A DNA stretch of 61,102 nt from assembly GCA_013151745.1 (NCBI GenBank), contig JAADHS010000160.1, positions 1 to 61,102 of the forward strand, in the 5' to 3' direction. Of the stretch, positions 60,519-61,102 are shown in pieces (the first letter of the stretch is position 1; the number at the start of each line of letters is the position of its first letter). The stretch comes from Gammaproteobacteria bacterium. Lineage in GTDB: Bacteria; Pseudomonadota; Gammaproteobacteria; JAADHS01. The translations under genes were made by a program, and so were the position numbers. Below the pieces are notes generated by a model. The model had not been told where the DNA came from. It searched no databases and saw nothing but the letters and a program-made list of their open reading frames with translations.

Positions 60519-61102
60519 AAATAAAAAAAGAAATTTGTAAGCTGGTCTTGTTATTTTTATTCACCGCGTCAAGCCTCGCTGCCGAGTTCACGGCTGAGGT
60601 GGATCGCAGCGAACTGAACGCCGACGAACATCTTACATTAACCTTATCACTGAACAACAGCGACACTCGGCTGCGCGCCCAAGGCGTCTCACCGAATATC
60701 GATTTATCTGTTTTAACCTCCGATTTTGACCTGGGTACACCAGAGGTGAAAAACCGTTACAATATCTATCGTAACCGAGGACGCTCTACTTCCAGCCTCA
60801 GCATTAGCCTTTTTCCTAAAGAAACGGGCAACTTCACCATCCCCGCCTTTCACCTTGACGGCTTGACAACCGCAACCTTACCCATTAAAGTTCAAGCCCC
60901 ATCGGATGCGCCACTGGCCTTTACCCAGGCCACCGTTAATCAGCAAAAAATCTGGGTGGGGCAGCAACTGGTCATCCATCTGGATCTCTTTACTCGTATC
61001 CCGTTAGAAAGTGCCAAACTGGGTGGCGCACTTGAAACCGAACCCACCCCACTGGAACTCATTGAACATATTCGGCTGCCGCGCACAGAACGAACTGAAA
61101 AA
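60512..61102 (+). CDS. BatD-family protein, truncated by the window end (not in the ORF track)
   Basis: MVKIKKEICKLVLLFLFTASSLAAEFTAEVDR..., LFPKETGNFTIPAF, KIWVGQQ; ATG overlaps the upstream stop. Confidence 0.85.
   Translation, partial: MVKIKKEICKLVLLFLFTASSLAAEFTAEVDRSELNADEHLTLTLSLNNSDTRLRAQGVSPNIDLSVLTSDFDLGTPEVKNRYNIYRNRGRSTSSLSISLFPKETGNFTIPAFHLDGLTTATLPIKVQAPSDAPLAFTQATVNQQKIWVGQQLVIHLDLFTRIPLESAKLGGALETEPTPLELIEHIRLPRTERTEK

Noticed and set aside
986-60666. Numerous 60-170 aa ORFs nested in or antisense to long genes
   Set aside because: They overlap confidently identified genes and show no family motifs
55555-61102. MoxR-DUF58-VWA-TPR-BatD operon as a novel system
   Set aside because: Widespread, previously described Bat-type arrangement

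Overview
Chromosomal segment of a gammaproteobacterium, probably a sulfide oxidiser. No rRNA, intact tRNA, CRISPR array or intact transposase/integrase was seen. Housekeeping backbone: cyaA, argH, hemCDXY, pepA-holC-valS, lnt, ccmABCDEFGHI and a MoxR/VWA (Bat-type) operon that runs off the right end. Accessory modules: (1) a secreted beta-helix/FN3/CFI-box protein next to an outer-membrane beta-barrel; (2) a sulfide-detoxification cluster (pdo-tauE-sqr plus a membrane methyltransferase) with a FisR-like sigma54 activator, a visible -24/-12 promoter, paired enhancer-like sites and two MITE families; (3) a small island after valS with an att-like tRNA-Leu remnant, an attC-like site and an aldolase pseudogene; (4) an ~8.5 kb nikR locus bracketed by a perfect 27-bp inverted repeat, holding four outer-membrane barrels, a five-gene operon, two tiny (HX)n His-rich proteins and a four-half-site operator over a sigma70 promoter, but no canonical nickel permease - the best candidate for an undescribed metal uptake/storage system; (5) an extension of the ccm operon with TlpA, a monoheme cytochrome c, two paralogous beta-propellers and a heme-c/PAS/GGDEF/EAL sensor. 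Family assignments come from motifs I recognise, not from database searches.
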